NCBI GenBank assembly: GCA_050273025.1
Contig: CP158636.1
Coordinates: 1,116,001-1,180,000 of the forward strand
DNA: 64,000 bases
Reading direction: 5' to 3'
Source of the DNA: Cenococcum geophilum
Lineage: Eukaryota
The translations under genes and the position numbers were made by a program. A model generated the notes under the pieces. It had not been told where the DNA came from. It ran no database searches and worked only from the letters and a program-made list of their open reading frames with translations. Of the stretch, positions 39,101 to 52,053 are shown piece by piece (position 1 is the stretch's first letter; each line of letters starts with the position of its first letter).

Positions 39101-42049
39101 TTCCTTAAGTAGTATCTAGCAGATATTATTGTCGCCACCTTCTTTCTCACTAATTAGTGTAGTAAGAAAGGTTCCTAATTCGTTAAAGGTGACGCTGCTT
39201 AATTAAACGACCCTATTCTTGTGAGGTAGATAGACGCGATATATATATAAACCTTTGTAGCTAACTAATTGTCCTTTCTAAGCTTTTATAATAAACTTAT
39301 TACCCTACTACTACTAAGGGTCTTTTTTATTAATATGGACGTAGGTAGGATAGCTATAGATCTTCTAGTTAGCGTATATAATTGTAGAATTGGTATTACC
39401 TAGGGCGTAAGCTATTACTTAAGCGGGCGAAACTTTGTCCTTATTAACTAATATAGGCAATATATTAAGCCCGTATACGGCTACCTTAGTAACTTTAGGC
39501 TAGAGCTTTAGTAGCAATTAAGTTTTAATTAACATTACCCTAACCCTTTCTTTAACTAAGTAGTTGGCCTTCTCTACTATTTTATTTTGGTATGCAGTAT
39601 ATAGGGTAGAGGCCTTAGTAACTATGCCTTCGTTCTTAAAGAAATCGGTTATATCCTTACTAAACTACTTAGCAGCTCTATTTAATCGGAAGCAGCTAAT
39701 TATTATCCCTGTTTAAGTCTTAATTATACAGACAAATTGCTTTAAGGTAGAGGCCGCGGAGCCTCTATTTAATATATAGTAGATCTATCTAAAGCGTGTT
39801 TGGTTATTAGTAAATAGTACCTAGTACTTCTTACTATGGAGACCTTTATATTTTAATGGCCTAACTATATTAACGTGCACCTTTTTAAATATGTAATTGC
39901 TGCGTTATTGTGGGCGTCTTAATATTTACTTCTTGGCCTTTCTAAGGTGACAGTCCTTATAGTAAAATGGCTTATCCTTAGTAACTATAATCCCCTTTAT
40001 ACTTCTGGCCAGTTAACGTATCTAGTTAGGAGGAAGATGTTATAGTCTCTTATACTAAGTCTCTATAGTAGCTTTAGTAAGCACACCTTTCTTATAGAGG
40101 CGCGATTATGCAGTAGCCAGAGCTATTGTAAAAGGAACCTCTATAGGGTTGTCTACTAGTATAAATAAATTAAGTCCGTTAATATATAGGATATAGGCTA
40201 TTTCTACCTAATCTTTAATGAAGTTAATTATGTTATAGAGACCGTTAAAGAAGACTCCTTTCTCTTATAGAATACTGAGCGAGACGATATTTGTAAAGAA
40301 GTTAGGATAGTAATATACTTTAGTAAATGTAATTATATAGGCTAAGTGGTTAGTTTAGGTAACTATAAGCTTAACTAATCTAACGCTAATGGCCTTTATT
40401 AGGCCTCCTCCTGTCTAGATTTAGATAGGTTTAATTTCCTAATACTAGATAAACTTCCTAATGTTATTGCCTATATAAATATTCGAGCAATTGTTGGCTA
40501 TCCAGGAGTCCTTAATATTTGTTCCTAAAGCTATAGCTGCTGGCCTAATGGCCTGCGTAGCAAAGATCCCTCTAGTTGCCGAATTGGTAGCTTAAGAGGG
40601 GCGATTGGATGTCCCCTTAGAGGCCTCATTGGTAGTCGTTAAGGCTGCTCCGTCACCTAAGCGCTGAGGTCGTCTCTCTTCAGGTCTCCACCATTTAGGC
40701 CTTAGGTAGGGGTGCTTTATCTAGCAATTATCCTCGCCACCTAGATGACCTAGCTTGCACTATCTATACTTGTTTAAAGCATCCTTGGCAGAGCCTTAAT
40801 TGCCTAATGAGGCACTACGGCCAGCTCCCCCGCCTCTGCCTTAACTATTGCCGCGACTACGGCTATTGCCGCGTCCTTAACTAGAGTTACCTGGTGGCTT
40901 ATTAACTAAGGCGAAGCTCTTAAGTAAGTCCTTTCGCCGAGCCTTATTAGTAAGGTTAGCGATTAATTGGACTAGTATAATTGTGTGGCCGTCGCGAATC
41001 TTATTACGTTGGATTTAAGCCTATATAGGGAAGTATTCGTTAACGGCGTTAATAAATTAATAGTTAATAATCTTGTTATCTAGGGCAAGCTTTACCTACT
41101 TAACTCCTTAAACCGCTTCTTGGTAATAGCTTAAGAAAGTAGTAACTGCTTAGTCTAATTAAAAACAGAGCTTAATAAAAGTCTCCTATATATTGGCCTT
41201 ATGGATTAAGCCACAGGCCTTAAACGTCTGCTTAAGGTAATTAATATAGTCCTTCGCCGTCTGCTTATGTTTTAAGGCAGTAAGGATCTTATTATTAATT
41301 ATACTAAGGATAACTAAATAGACTTTGCCGTCTTCCTTACTGTACTGTTTAAACTCCTTATTATACTTGTAGGAGAGTGCCTTATTAGCTGAGTAAATTA
41401 AATCATTAGTATTTGCAATAATTTGAGACCTCTTAAGGATCTTGTCTCGCTCCTCCTTATCGGCGTCCTTTAGTACTTAATTAATAGATATCGTAGGCTT
41501 CTCTTCCTAGAGCTTTGGGTAGAGGGGTAGGCCCGTATCTTCCTAAATAATATACAAAAGGCCCTTACCACGTAGGTACGTGCTAAGCTGCGTCCAATAT
41601 TAGGGCCAATTTAAGCCGTCTTTCTTAAGGTGTTAAATGCCTAGATAATCTTTACCCATGGCGACGCGTAAATAAAAGGATTTGACGCGTAAATACACGA
41701 ACTTAACGCGTAGATTTAATAATAAGAAATAATGCAGAGTAGTAAGGAATGACCTAGCACGGGTATAGTAACCCTTGATGCAACCTGTGGTAAGGTGTTA
41801 ATCTTCTGACGTCGCAGCTTAGTAGCAACGAGTGCTTATAACCTAATAAACTAGATCTAAGGATAAAAGAATAAATGAATCTATCGAATCTAATTATAAG
41901 GAATATGGGCCTTGATATAGGCCTATATCTACGGGGTCCGGGGTGACTACTACGGATACCGAAGTGGTTGCTGCGGAGACCGAACAAGAAGGGACTCTGC
42001 TTATGTAAGCAGGAAACGCATGTGGAGGACTCCTCCAGTACCATCGTCA
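30186..42049 (-). mobile_element. Ty1/Copia LTR retrotransposon A, full length, RIP-inactivated; 206-bp LTRs (30186-30391, 41844-42049), TSD CATAG
   Basis: Matching LTRs and a 5-bp TSD. A PBS-like GGTTATAAGC follows the 5' LTR and a G-rich PPT precedes the 3' LTR. Degenerate gag zinc knuckle, protease, integrase, RT (YVDD read as YVNN) and RNase H (ADGLTKPL) occur in Copia order. Confidence 0.92.
31749..38009 (-). mobile_element. Copia retrotransposon B (GalEa-type), full length, RIP-inactivated, nested in A; 186-bp LTRs (31749-31934, 37824-38009), TSD ATGAT
   Basis: LTR pair and 5-bp TSD. Palindromic CTAATTAG (read as RIPped CTGATCAG) replaces a tRNA PBS, and GAAGAGTTGCTAG precedes the 3' LTR. 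Integrase lies upstream of RT/RNase H. Confidence 0.9.
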
Positions 42050-42490
42050 CATAGTAGGGGCGCCAATTGAAGATCTGGAGGACTACACCATATGCTAAAG
42101 TCGCGATAGAAGTGGTAGCAGAAGTGATCGCTAAGATCGCTCGGATAGCTCACCAAAATTAATCACTCATTGTGCGACGTCAAATTCTGAGAGCCTCATC
42201 TGGAGCCTCGCTGAACGATCAGCTTATTTAATTAGACTCATTGAGCCATGGTAGTAGACGCCACTGATTACAAGCTAATCAACACTAAAAGGTGCACAGA
42301 TCAAGAAGATTGATCTGGAGGCGATTTGCAACCGAATGGCCCCTAAGCTAGATTGGCGTTACGCTATAAAGCTATTTAGCCTCAATTGGCAGGAGGTGGA
42401 TATCAAAATAAACGAATAGGTTAAGGTGAATTTGTATTAACCCCTTGATTTAATTGGTATTCGATTCACTGTACATATTGAGAGTCTAAA

Positions 42491-43354
42491 ATGTATTCCT
42501 TTTTAACTCTAGTACTTGCACTCGTTCCAACAGTCGTTGCAGCACCCAATGCCCTCTCCAACCGTACCCCGACAGTCTATCTTGCTGGAGACTCGACGAT
42601 GGCAGAAGGTGGTGGAGGAACGCAAGGTCAGAAAGCAGTTCTCTTCTGATCATATTTACTCTCCAAGTCTGAGCATTTCTTCCTGACATTGATACGATTA
42701 GGCTGGGGACACTACCTCCAATACTCACTCTCAGTCCCCGTCGTGAACAAAGCCGTGGCTAGCTGCTCCGCCCGTAGTTACACAGTCGAAGGCCGCTTCC
42801 AAGCCATAGCCGACCTCCTCGTCGCCGGTGATTTTGTGGTCATTGAGTTCGGCCACAATGACGGTGGATCTCTCACACCCAACGACAACGGCCGCACAGA
42901 CTGCCCCGGCGCAGGCTCCGAGACTTGCGCCTCCACCTACGACAACGAAGCCGTAACCGTCCTCACCTATCCAGCCTACATCACCAATGCTGGGAAACTG
43001 TTCGCTGCCAAGGGCGCCAAGGTCGTCGTATCTTCCCCGACGCCCAACAACCCGTGGGAGAACGGCACGTTCTTGTACACGCCTAGCCGCTTCACTACGT
43101 ATTCTTCAGCCTCGGCAACAGCTATTGGCGCCGCGGCTGCGTTTGTCGATCACGGCCAGTATGTGGCGAACATCTTCCAGGCGCTCGGCGCGACGGTTGT
43201 GGATGCGTATTACCCTAATGACCATACGCATACGAGCCCGGTTGGGGCGGATACGGCGGCCAAGGCATTTGTGAAGGGGTTGAAGTGCGGAGGGAGTGCG
43301 TTGAGTAGCTACCTGAAGAATTCGACGAGTAGCATACAAGGTAGCTGCATTTAG
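42491..43354 (+). CDS. Secreted rhamnogalacturonan acetylesterase (CE12, SGNH hydrolase), 2 exons (42491-42626, 42702-43354); block II motif mutated
   Basis: Signal peptide, VYLAGDSTMA (block I), GWG, VIEFGHNDGG (block III) and DHTHTSP (block V). Block II reads AVASCSARS instead of AVAGRSARS. Confidence 0.9.
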
Positions 43355-44612
43355 CGAAAGCGCAAGGTGTTAAGGGCAGGAGTGAGAAGTGTTTAGTAAG
43401 GTTAAAAAGTGCTGCACGAATGGGCCCGGTGAGGCTCTAAGACCACATATCCAATAGCCTAGAAAGCATTTTAGATTTAATACTCTAGGTTATTCATCAA
43501 ATCACTTATGGACCTGGATAGTGAAGTTCTCCAAATAAAGTTGGCCGAGCGCCAGCCCAGATTCACCTTCTAACCTAACACTAACTGGCCCAATTCAAAA
43601 TTACACAGGCGTGTCACTGGGTAGAAAAAGGTAGCCTATAATATTTTCATGGTCTCGAAGGTGAGATTAGCGGGAAATCTATCCAAGCATGATACTAAAT
43701 AGCTTAGAAAAGGGTTTAAAACTCTAGTGGTAGTGGTAGGGAGAGGAGATTACGTCACATATCCGACCCCCAATAGCTAAATTTTGCTTCAGATGTTTAG
43801 AAGCACATGCTCAACATCTTACCATTCTCTACCGATACAGGCCCGGCGGAGACGAATGAGCAGAAGCATCGACCGGGGCTTTTAAGTGGCCAGAGGCTGG
43901 TCGAATCTCAAGTTGCCAAATCTTCTTCAACGTCGCGCTTCAATAACCTCCGCGACCGCCCCGGCCTAGATGTTAACACCGTGCTAAAGATGCTCAAAGG
44001 CAGTTTGCCTACGACTATTGCTGTAGCAATGCAAGCCATCGGTTGGTGTTCCTACTCAGTCAATTGATTAGTGTATGCACCAAAGCAATACTATAGCGGG
44101 CATAACAGTGACAGTTGGATACCTAACAACCCTCACCACAATTGTTTCTCAAGGTCTTCTACCACGCGCAAAATTCATGAAGACCATGCTTTTCAACCTT
44201 TTGGCGACATGTGTGTCTACATCTATGTGTTGTTTAACCATTTTCTACGCCATCAAGGCCCGAGAACACATTTTACTCCCCGGTGGAAATATTCAAGACT
44301 ACAACAGCAGTATCTATGCCGTCTCTACGCTCTGGCTTATATCTGCTATTCGATTTGTCTTTCTGTAAAGCTTCTTACTCCAAGTCAGTTCATAGCGTAA
44401 CTAGGGTTTCGAACACGCTCCGAGCGTATCGACCAGTCGAGCCGCAAGATCCAATGGTCCCCTTCCCCATCTTCTCGGGAATATCCTTAACGCATACAGG
44501 CCAGTTCTCTACTATTACGGAAGGGTTAGAATTCACAAGGCAACTGCTCCTGGCATTTTTGTTTAGGTTTGCGATTGCAATTTGAGTGTCCCTCATTCTA
44601 TCGATCACCAGC

Positions 44613-44734
44613 TGTCGACCCAGTACCGATTACTACTATATTAGGGTTAGATCAGGGGTGCCTGTGATTCATCCACCGTATATATATAGCCTTATTTTCT
44701 TCGTAGATCAATCTACACACGAGTTCTTTCGACA
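44613..44734. mobile_element. Very short solo LTR (122 bp), TSD CCAGC
   Basis: CCAGC|TGTCGAC...TTCGACA|CCAGC with an internal TATATATA. Removing it restores the host reading ITSRRNVFEEV. Confidence 0.8.
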
Positions 44735-44790
44735 CCAGCAGGCGCAATGTTTTCGAAGAGGTCGAGAAATATGCAGTAACAACACAGACG

Positions 44791-44938
44791 TGTCGATCAG
44801 GTGGCAATGACGTAACAGCCTCAAATCGTCGTCATTGTCGACGTCAGCCTTTGCCACCTACCCCATGTATATATAGCCTCTTTTCTTCCATAGATCAATC
44901 TTCACACGAGTTTCCTGACCTCAATTTTCCGGTCGACA
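44791..44938. mobile_element. Second short solo LTR (148 bp), related to 44613-44734
   Basis: TGTCGAT...GTCGACA termini. It shares the TATATATAGCC...TAGATCAATC..CACACGAG block with the first. Flanks AGACG/AGGTG differ by two transitions. Confidence 0.6.
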
Positions 44939-45674
44939 AGGTGGTACTGAAAGCGCGGGCCGATTATCTCGAAGCCGGTCAAGACCATCTTACGAAAAGA
45001 GAAGTCGTTGAAAATGCAAGGTACTATAAGTGAATCTCCGGATAATGGGGACCAGACGCGAGATGTTAATAAAGGAGCAATGGCCCTAAAGTCAGCCATG
45101 GCTAGCCTTATTGGCGTGCATGATAAGCTGCATGCGGATTTATCTTACGCGAAAAATGAGGTAGCTTGGGAAACTCTCTTTAGTATATCTCGAGGTTATC
45201 TTTGGACTGCTTAAATCTTTTCTCCTATCTCTAACGGGATTAGTATGCTTCCAGACATATTCCAAAATTAAATCAAGGAATAGGTAAATTCGGATCATGG
45301 AGTTCATAACTCTGGATTTCCAAGAGAGGAATATAAGGAACGATTTCTACTATTACAAACCGCCCCTGCGACTACTACAGAGCTTATCAATATTGGAATT
45401 TGTCACACCCTTCTCCTTCTCTAGATATCCTCCAGGAAGCAAAAGCGTGTAAGGGGCGTCCTCGAACAAGACTTTAATGCCGGGGAATCTCTAAACCCTG
45501 GAAATTTGGACTTCGCTTCTGATTTCCAGGCTACAATTGGCAAATTTTGCAACCGACAAGATAAAATCGACGCAGTTAGTAGTCTCACAATGATGATCGA
45601 ATCCGGTTAATAAGAGCAGGCTAACGTCCGGGGTAATAACTCTGAAACTCCTCCAATTGCTGAAGATCTCTTCG

Positions 45675-48600
45675 TGTCGGTATATATACATTCGTTTCAC
45701 GTGTTACGTGCGTAGGACACGTGATCTACGCGAGACGCGTATATGTACCATCAACACTGCATTGTAGAATAGAACCTTAAGAATCCATTAACAACACCGC
45801 ATAGTATATATCATTGTGATATATGTATTCTGTACGTTGTTAAAGTATTCCAACACTAATTAGTGAGCGCGCACAGATTAGGAAACACGCAGATAGCTTA
45901 GAAGACAGTTATACTATCCACCTTGCAGCGGATTGGAAGATAGTTGTACTTATCTACCTTTTGTATTAGCCTATTTTAGTTAAAGAGAAGAAGAGAAACC
46001 CCCTAGGAGTACTTGTCTGGTATCCACGACGACTTCTAGATATCTCGTTCTATCTATTCCGGAAGATTACTGCGCAGAACACCTTACCCCTTACCCCCTT
46101 GACCGCCCCTTAACCGCCCCCTTAACCGCCTCCTTAACCGTCCCCTTAACCGCCTCCTTAACCGTCCCCCTACCTTTACCCTACGAATACTCTTACCCTT
46201 ACCTACACCCACCTGAATAATATATAAAATATAAGATGTTAGGAACAGAGAAAGACTAGGAAGAAGAAGCAGTTAAATGGGAAGATGGAATTAACCTAAT
46301 AGAAGTTACTAAGGACGAGCTAACTAACTACTTATAATATAAGATGTATCTATATATAGAGATATATAACTAGCTAGACTTAACACTCTAGGAATTGTTC
46401 TAGGGAGATTTTAAGGACTTTACGGTTGATATTTTCACGCAAATCCCCTTATACTGGCTTTAGCAACTACGTAATTGCCTAAATATTAGAGGAGTATAGG
46501 TTAATGTTAACCATAAACGAGGCAAAACGCTCCCTTAGTCTTTATATAATATAGTATAAGAAGAAGACTAAACCAAATAGAGCAGAGAGATGATTAAATT
46601 AGCCGATAATAAGTACGGACTAATACTATCCAGATTAATTAAGGTATATATAATAAAGGGCACTTTAGAGAAGTAATAATAAGCTAAAGCTACCGCAACC
46701 CAACCAACCGGTATACCGACTACTTCCCCTTTTATGTTACCCTCTATACTAGCATATACTGCTCCTATACCTATATATGCTACCCCCGCACCTATATAGA
46801 CTCCGGCACCTATATATACCCCTGTGGATATAATATAAGGCTATAGAAAAGAGATCGCGAATATAGCCAAGATATATACGGAGGAGTAGAAATACGGCGG
46901 CATAAATGAAAGCCTTAACTATAAATTAACAATATTTTACGACATCTGTAATCGAGCGGATGTACCCCAAAAAGCCTACCTTAAGGCATTCCCTACTATA
47001 CTAAAAGGACTAGCTTTAGACCACTTTTATATAAACTAACTGTCCTGCCTACCATTTGCCAAAACTTGCGAACACCTTTAGAATTTCTTTAAAGGACTAG
47101 GATTTTAACGCAAGAACCTAGATAAGTGGAATACCATTATACTTATAATAGTAATGGCAGGAAATATAGATAAGTCTATAAGTAAATACCTCTAATTGTT
47201 AATTTATAGACTTTATTAACTATAGCATGGCCTTAAACCTACCTTATAAACCATAGACTTCCTTTATAATAAAATCGTCACTTCTTGCTAGGGAATACTA
47301 GTATATAGATATGCAGTCTCTAACCCACCGGATAACTTTAAAGCCCTTATTAATAAACTTTAATCGTCTATTATAGTATATAAAAAAGATCATGCGGAGA
47401 AGATATAAGCTTTCTTTATGGACCGATAATTCTATAAAAGAGATAATAACTATAACCGTAACAACCGTAGCAACTATAGTAACCCCCTATATAACCACAG
47501 CCGATAGAAACTATATTGCTTTATATATAATAAGGAAGGATATCGCTTATAAAAACATACTAAAGAGGAGTAAGAAGAGTCTAAGACTAAGTTTAAAAAT
47601 AAGTTTAAGGACCGCTTCTAGGAGCGAATAAAGTAATATATTATAGACTATAAAGGCGACGACGACGAGGATAATAACTTAGATAACGAGATTACCGACG
47701 CATTTAACGCCCTAGTAGTTAATATAAACCCTAGCACTCTATTAAACGAGGACGACTAGACTATAGTATACTATACTTTGTACGGTAAGATTGAACCAGA
47801 CAACGCGACCGCTATAGCTTTAGAACTGGCTAACAGAGCATATAGCTACGCAGTTATAACTATTGATACTATAATAGATATATTCCCTACTAACATAGAC
47901 CCGTTTGCGTATAATACAACCTTATACTATACCTCCTTAAAGTTTATAGGTGTAATAATTGACACTAGAGCCTTTAAACGTTCTATAGTAGGATATAGCT
48001 AATTTCTTGCGCTTTAGAAGATTAATAAAGTATAGTTAAATAAGTCTATAAGAGGCATAGTTAGTATATAGTTTGGAATAGGTTCTACATCTTCTATTAG
48101 TTCTATTAAGGTAGCTACACTAATAGGTATAGTAGAGTTTCACGTTATTAAAGTTGACACCCCTTTCCTATTTTGCCTAGTAGATATAGATAAATTATAA
48201 GTATACTTTAACAACCTAAAGAATGTCCTAATAACCCCCTTAAAGACCGTACCAGTTATACGCTGATTTGGACACCCATTTCTACTATAGAATATTTTAT
48301 TATATATGTTTATTACCAAGTCCTTTAACTAAAACCCATGCTATTTAACTGATATAGAATTGCGACGCCTACACCAACGCTTTAGATATCCGTTAGTACA
48401 GCGACTTAAGAAAATATTAGACCGCGCTAGCTATAAAAATGATACTAATCGCAAGACCCTTGAGCATATTACCCGCTACTGCCTGTACTGTTAAAAACAC
48501 GGAAAGTTACTAGGCAGATTTAGATTTACCTTAAAGGACGATATTAACTTTAACTACTGCATTATTGTTAATATTATGTATATTAACAGCAAGCCCGTAC

Positions 48601-51600
48601 TTTATATTGTTAATAAAGGCACCCGATTTTAAACAGGTAGATAGCTATAAAATATTAGCATTAAGTATATATGGGATATATTACGGACGTGCTAGATTAA
48701 TATATACCTAGGCCCCCTAGATATAATTACACACGACGTAGGAAAGAACTTTATTAGTAGAGAGTTTAAGTAATACGCGGTTAATATAGTACTATAAAGA
48801 GCGTACCAGTCGAAGCTTATAACTTAATTGGCATAATAGAGCGTTACTATGGCCCCTTACGACGCATATACCACATTATTACTTCCAAGATACTAGGAAT
48901 TAATAAGGACATGGCACTATAAATGGCCTTTAAAGTAATTAACGACTCCGTAGGACTAGACGGCCTAATACCCATACTGTTAGTATTTAGAGCGTACCCC
49001 TAAATGATAGAGTTTAATGCACCTTTACCTACAGTAATATAGCGTGTGATTGCATTTAAGAAAGCTATAGAGAAAGTGAAGAAGATATAAGCGGAGCGCT
49101 AAGTCGTAATGGCCCTAGCACTACCGCAATTTATAATCTACCCCTTAACTCTTTAGTACTAGTCTGGAGAGAAGGTAATATAGGACAACCTGGATACTAG
49201 ATAGGACCACACAACCTACTAAATATTAAAGGAGAATTGTATATTGTTAACCTACCTAGCAGCCCTATAAAGTTCTGTAGTATTATTGTTAAACCGTACT
49301 TAATAGACCCTAAATATATTTAAGTTAAAGATACTTAAGTTAACGGCACCCAAATTGACAATATTTAAGTTAATAGTATTTAACCTATTATAGAAACCGT
49401 CTTAAAAACTACCTATATAAATAAACCACCTATAGAAGCCGCCTCTATATAGAAGCCATCCCCTACTAAAACGGAAGAAATATAACTACCCCGCTAAGGA
49501 AGAGGAAGACCCCGTAAGTACCCCCCTTACATTAACACTGCCGACATTACTGTATTCTTATAAGAGGATAGCAACTATAAGCAGTTTAAAACGTCTCGTT
49601 AAAAGGAAATTACAGAACTGATTAAAAAGGGCGTATTTAAGATAATTAACCCTTAGGACGTACCTACAGGAGTTAGAATCTTTAACTTACGATTTATAGA
49701 TAAGATTAAGAACCCCAGCACTAATAAAGCCTTTAAGAAATTAAGACTCGTCGTCTAAGCGTATAACGATCTTAAAAAGGGCACTATACTAACCTAGTTA
49801 CCTACTATTTAACGAGTTAGCTAACGCCTTATTCTATGCATCGCAGCAATATTACGAGGCAACGGCACACAGCTATACCTACAAGATATCTCCTAGGTGT
49901 ATGTTTAGTCTCTTATAAAGCTGAATTAAGACTTCTATATCTAACCACCTTACGAGTTAGGAAGCTAACTAGGCATTAAAAAGAACTTAATCCTAAAGGT
50001 AATTAAACCTCTATATAGTGTTCTAGAAGTAGGTAATTACTAGTTTATAACCTACCACAATTATTATATTAAGGAGTTGGATATAAACTTATTAACGTAT
50101 AACCCTTGCCTCTTATAGAGCAATACTCCTAACTACTTTGGTATTGTTGGCCTTTAAACTAACGACACTCTCTTCCTGGCTAATACTACCTTTGCGGACG
50201 CGGAGCAACAATATCTAGAAGAGGCTTACTTTCTCGTAAAGGAATATAAGCAACTTACGGTTAAGCAGTCACTTAAATTCAACGGATGCATTATTTAACT
50301 CTTTTAGAAAGGTAATATTATAATAACCTAGGAACGCCAGTGTAAGAACCTAAATATAGTTTACCTTAGTAAAATAGCTATAACCACGAGCTTAAGAGGT
50401 ATTGTTTATGATGCACTGACTATAAAGGAATAATACGTTGTATAATGTGCTAGAGGCGCGTATATTACCTCTATATGCTAACCTAAAGCCTCTTTTAACC
50501 TCTCCTTTGCTACCTAGGTAATTAACCCTAAAAAGAGTAATATTATAGTACTTAACAAACGACTTTAATGGCAAATTAATAACTTAGCAAGAGGCCTTAC
50601 GTATATTAAGCTGGACATTAATATACTACGCCTACTTGTATTTACGGACGCCTTATTTATAAATAATAAGGACCTCTTATTGTAAATAGGCTATATTCTA
50701 GTATTAGCAGACATAACGAACAAGGCTAATATCGTGTATTGGTTATTAATTAAATGCAAGAGAGTTACTAGGAGCGTGCTAGCATCTAAACTCTACGTAA
50801 TGGCCTACAGATTTAATATTAGAGCCGTAATTAAGGTAATAGTTAAACAGATCTTATAAATCGAACTTCCACTCATCCTCTGCACTAATTTAAAATTACT
50901 TTATAACTGCCTTATTAAATTAGGCACTATATAAGAGAAACGACTTATAATAGATGTTATGTGCCTCCGCCAGTTATATAAACGTAAAGAGATCGCTAAA
51001 GTAAAATTAATTAATGGTAATAGCAACCCAGCTAACTTAATGACTAAGAGCAAGGCATTTATAGCTCTTAAGAAGCTAATTAATACCAATTACTTAGAAT
51101 TATAGGCTAAGGAGTGGGTGGAATGAAAGGACATCTAATAGAGAAAAGAGATTTAATATAAAAGAAGTTAAAAGTAATTATATGTTAAAATACTTACCGT
51201 TACGGCCTTAGCAGAATTTGGCAGAATTTAATAGACCTAGCAGAATTTGGCAGACTCGGCAGAATTTAGTAGAAGTTACGGATATTACGGATATTGCCAA
51301 TATTGCGAACATATAATGGTCTTACGGTAGTAGGCAGAATGCGGTAGGACGTGGCAGGTAGCGTGTGTAAGGTGTTATAGGATGGTCCTGTAACACTTAC
51401 TATTGCAAAAGAGGTTCTATTGGTTTCCTAATATTTAAAGAGTTGCTAGTGTCGGTATATATACATTCGTTTCACGTGTTACGTGCGTAGGATATATAAT
51501 CTACGCGAGACGCGTATATGTACCATCAACACTGCATTATAGAATAGAACCTTAAGAATCCATTAACAACACCGTATAGTATATATCATTGTGATATATG

Positions 51601-51630
51601 TATTCTGCACGTTGTTAAAGTATTCCGACA
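45675..51630 (+). mobile_element. Copia retrotransposon C (GalEa-type), full length, RIP-inactivated; 181-bp LTRs (45675-45855, 51450-51630), TSD CTTCG
   Basis: LTR pair and TSD. CTAATTAG lies directly after the 5' LTR and AAGAGTTGCTAG directly before the 3' LTR. Degenerate protease (IIDT), integrase (YLGPLD), RT (RLVV.AYND, KPLY) and RNase H (CKRVTRSVLAS) are present. Confidence 0.92.
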
Positions 51631-52053
51631 CTTCGTTTTTTTTTTATGGAGCATCTACTAAAGTCTTTGCTGCAAGCCACTCTCAATATAGTACAATTTG
51701 CTGATCTGAAGGTTAAGGATGGGACCATGAAACGAGATCGGTTGACATATCCCCGATACCAGCTTGCTAAAAACTGTTTTCTCTTGGAAGCAGTAATATA
51801 GGGAATGAAGTGGACAAGGAGGCCGCCATTGTGGAAAGCGAACCGAGCAAGCTATTGTCACGGCCAACTGATCCTGAACATTTGCAGCTTAGTAACGCAT
51901 GGGAGAGAGGTGGTAATTGGCTTCGCAGCGTGTCTCACCTCCTTGCGTCTGGTGAAAGGCACATTTGGATTCCGCGCAGCTGCAGCATCTTCTACAGTTG
52001 CTCTTCTAACGCATCTTCGCCAAACGCAGACCTTTCTCTTCGAGCAGCGCTTA

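Larger units (their letters stand above)
29831..42343. mobile_element. PIF/Harbinger-type (Tourist-like) MITE of ~640 bp, split by an 11.9-kb Copia insertion (pieces 29831-30185 and 42055-42343)
   Basis: Left TIR GGGGCCGTTGGGTTGTAA versus the reverse complement of the right end GGGGCCATTCGGTTGCAA, with TAA duplicated on both sides. The internal motif ATCTGGAG recurs in both halves. Confidence 0.8.
43807..52053 (+). pseudogene. ArAE/FUSC-like (aromatic acid exporter family) membrane protein pseudogene, broken by frameshifts and four insertions
   Basis: Fragments GLDVNTVLKMLKGSLPTTIA, LLPRAKFMKT, YNSS, NTLRAYRP and LSYAKNEVAW. After the Copia insertion come PEHL..SNAWERGGNWLR and FGFRAAAA..LRQTQTFLFEQRL. 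Stops and frameshifts occur throughout. Confidence 0.75.
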
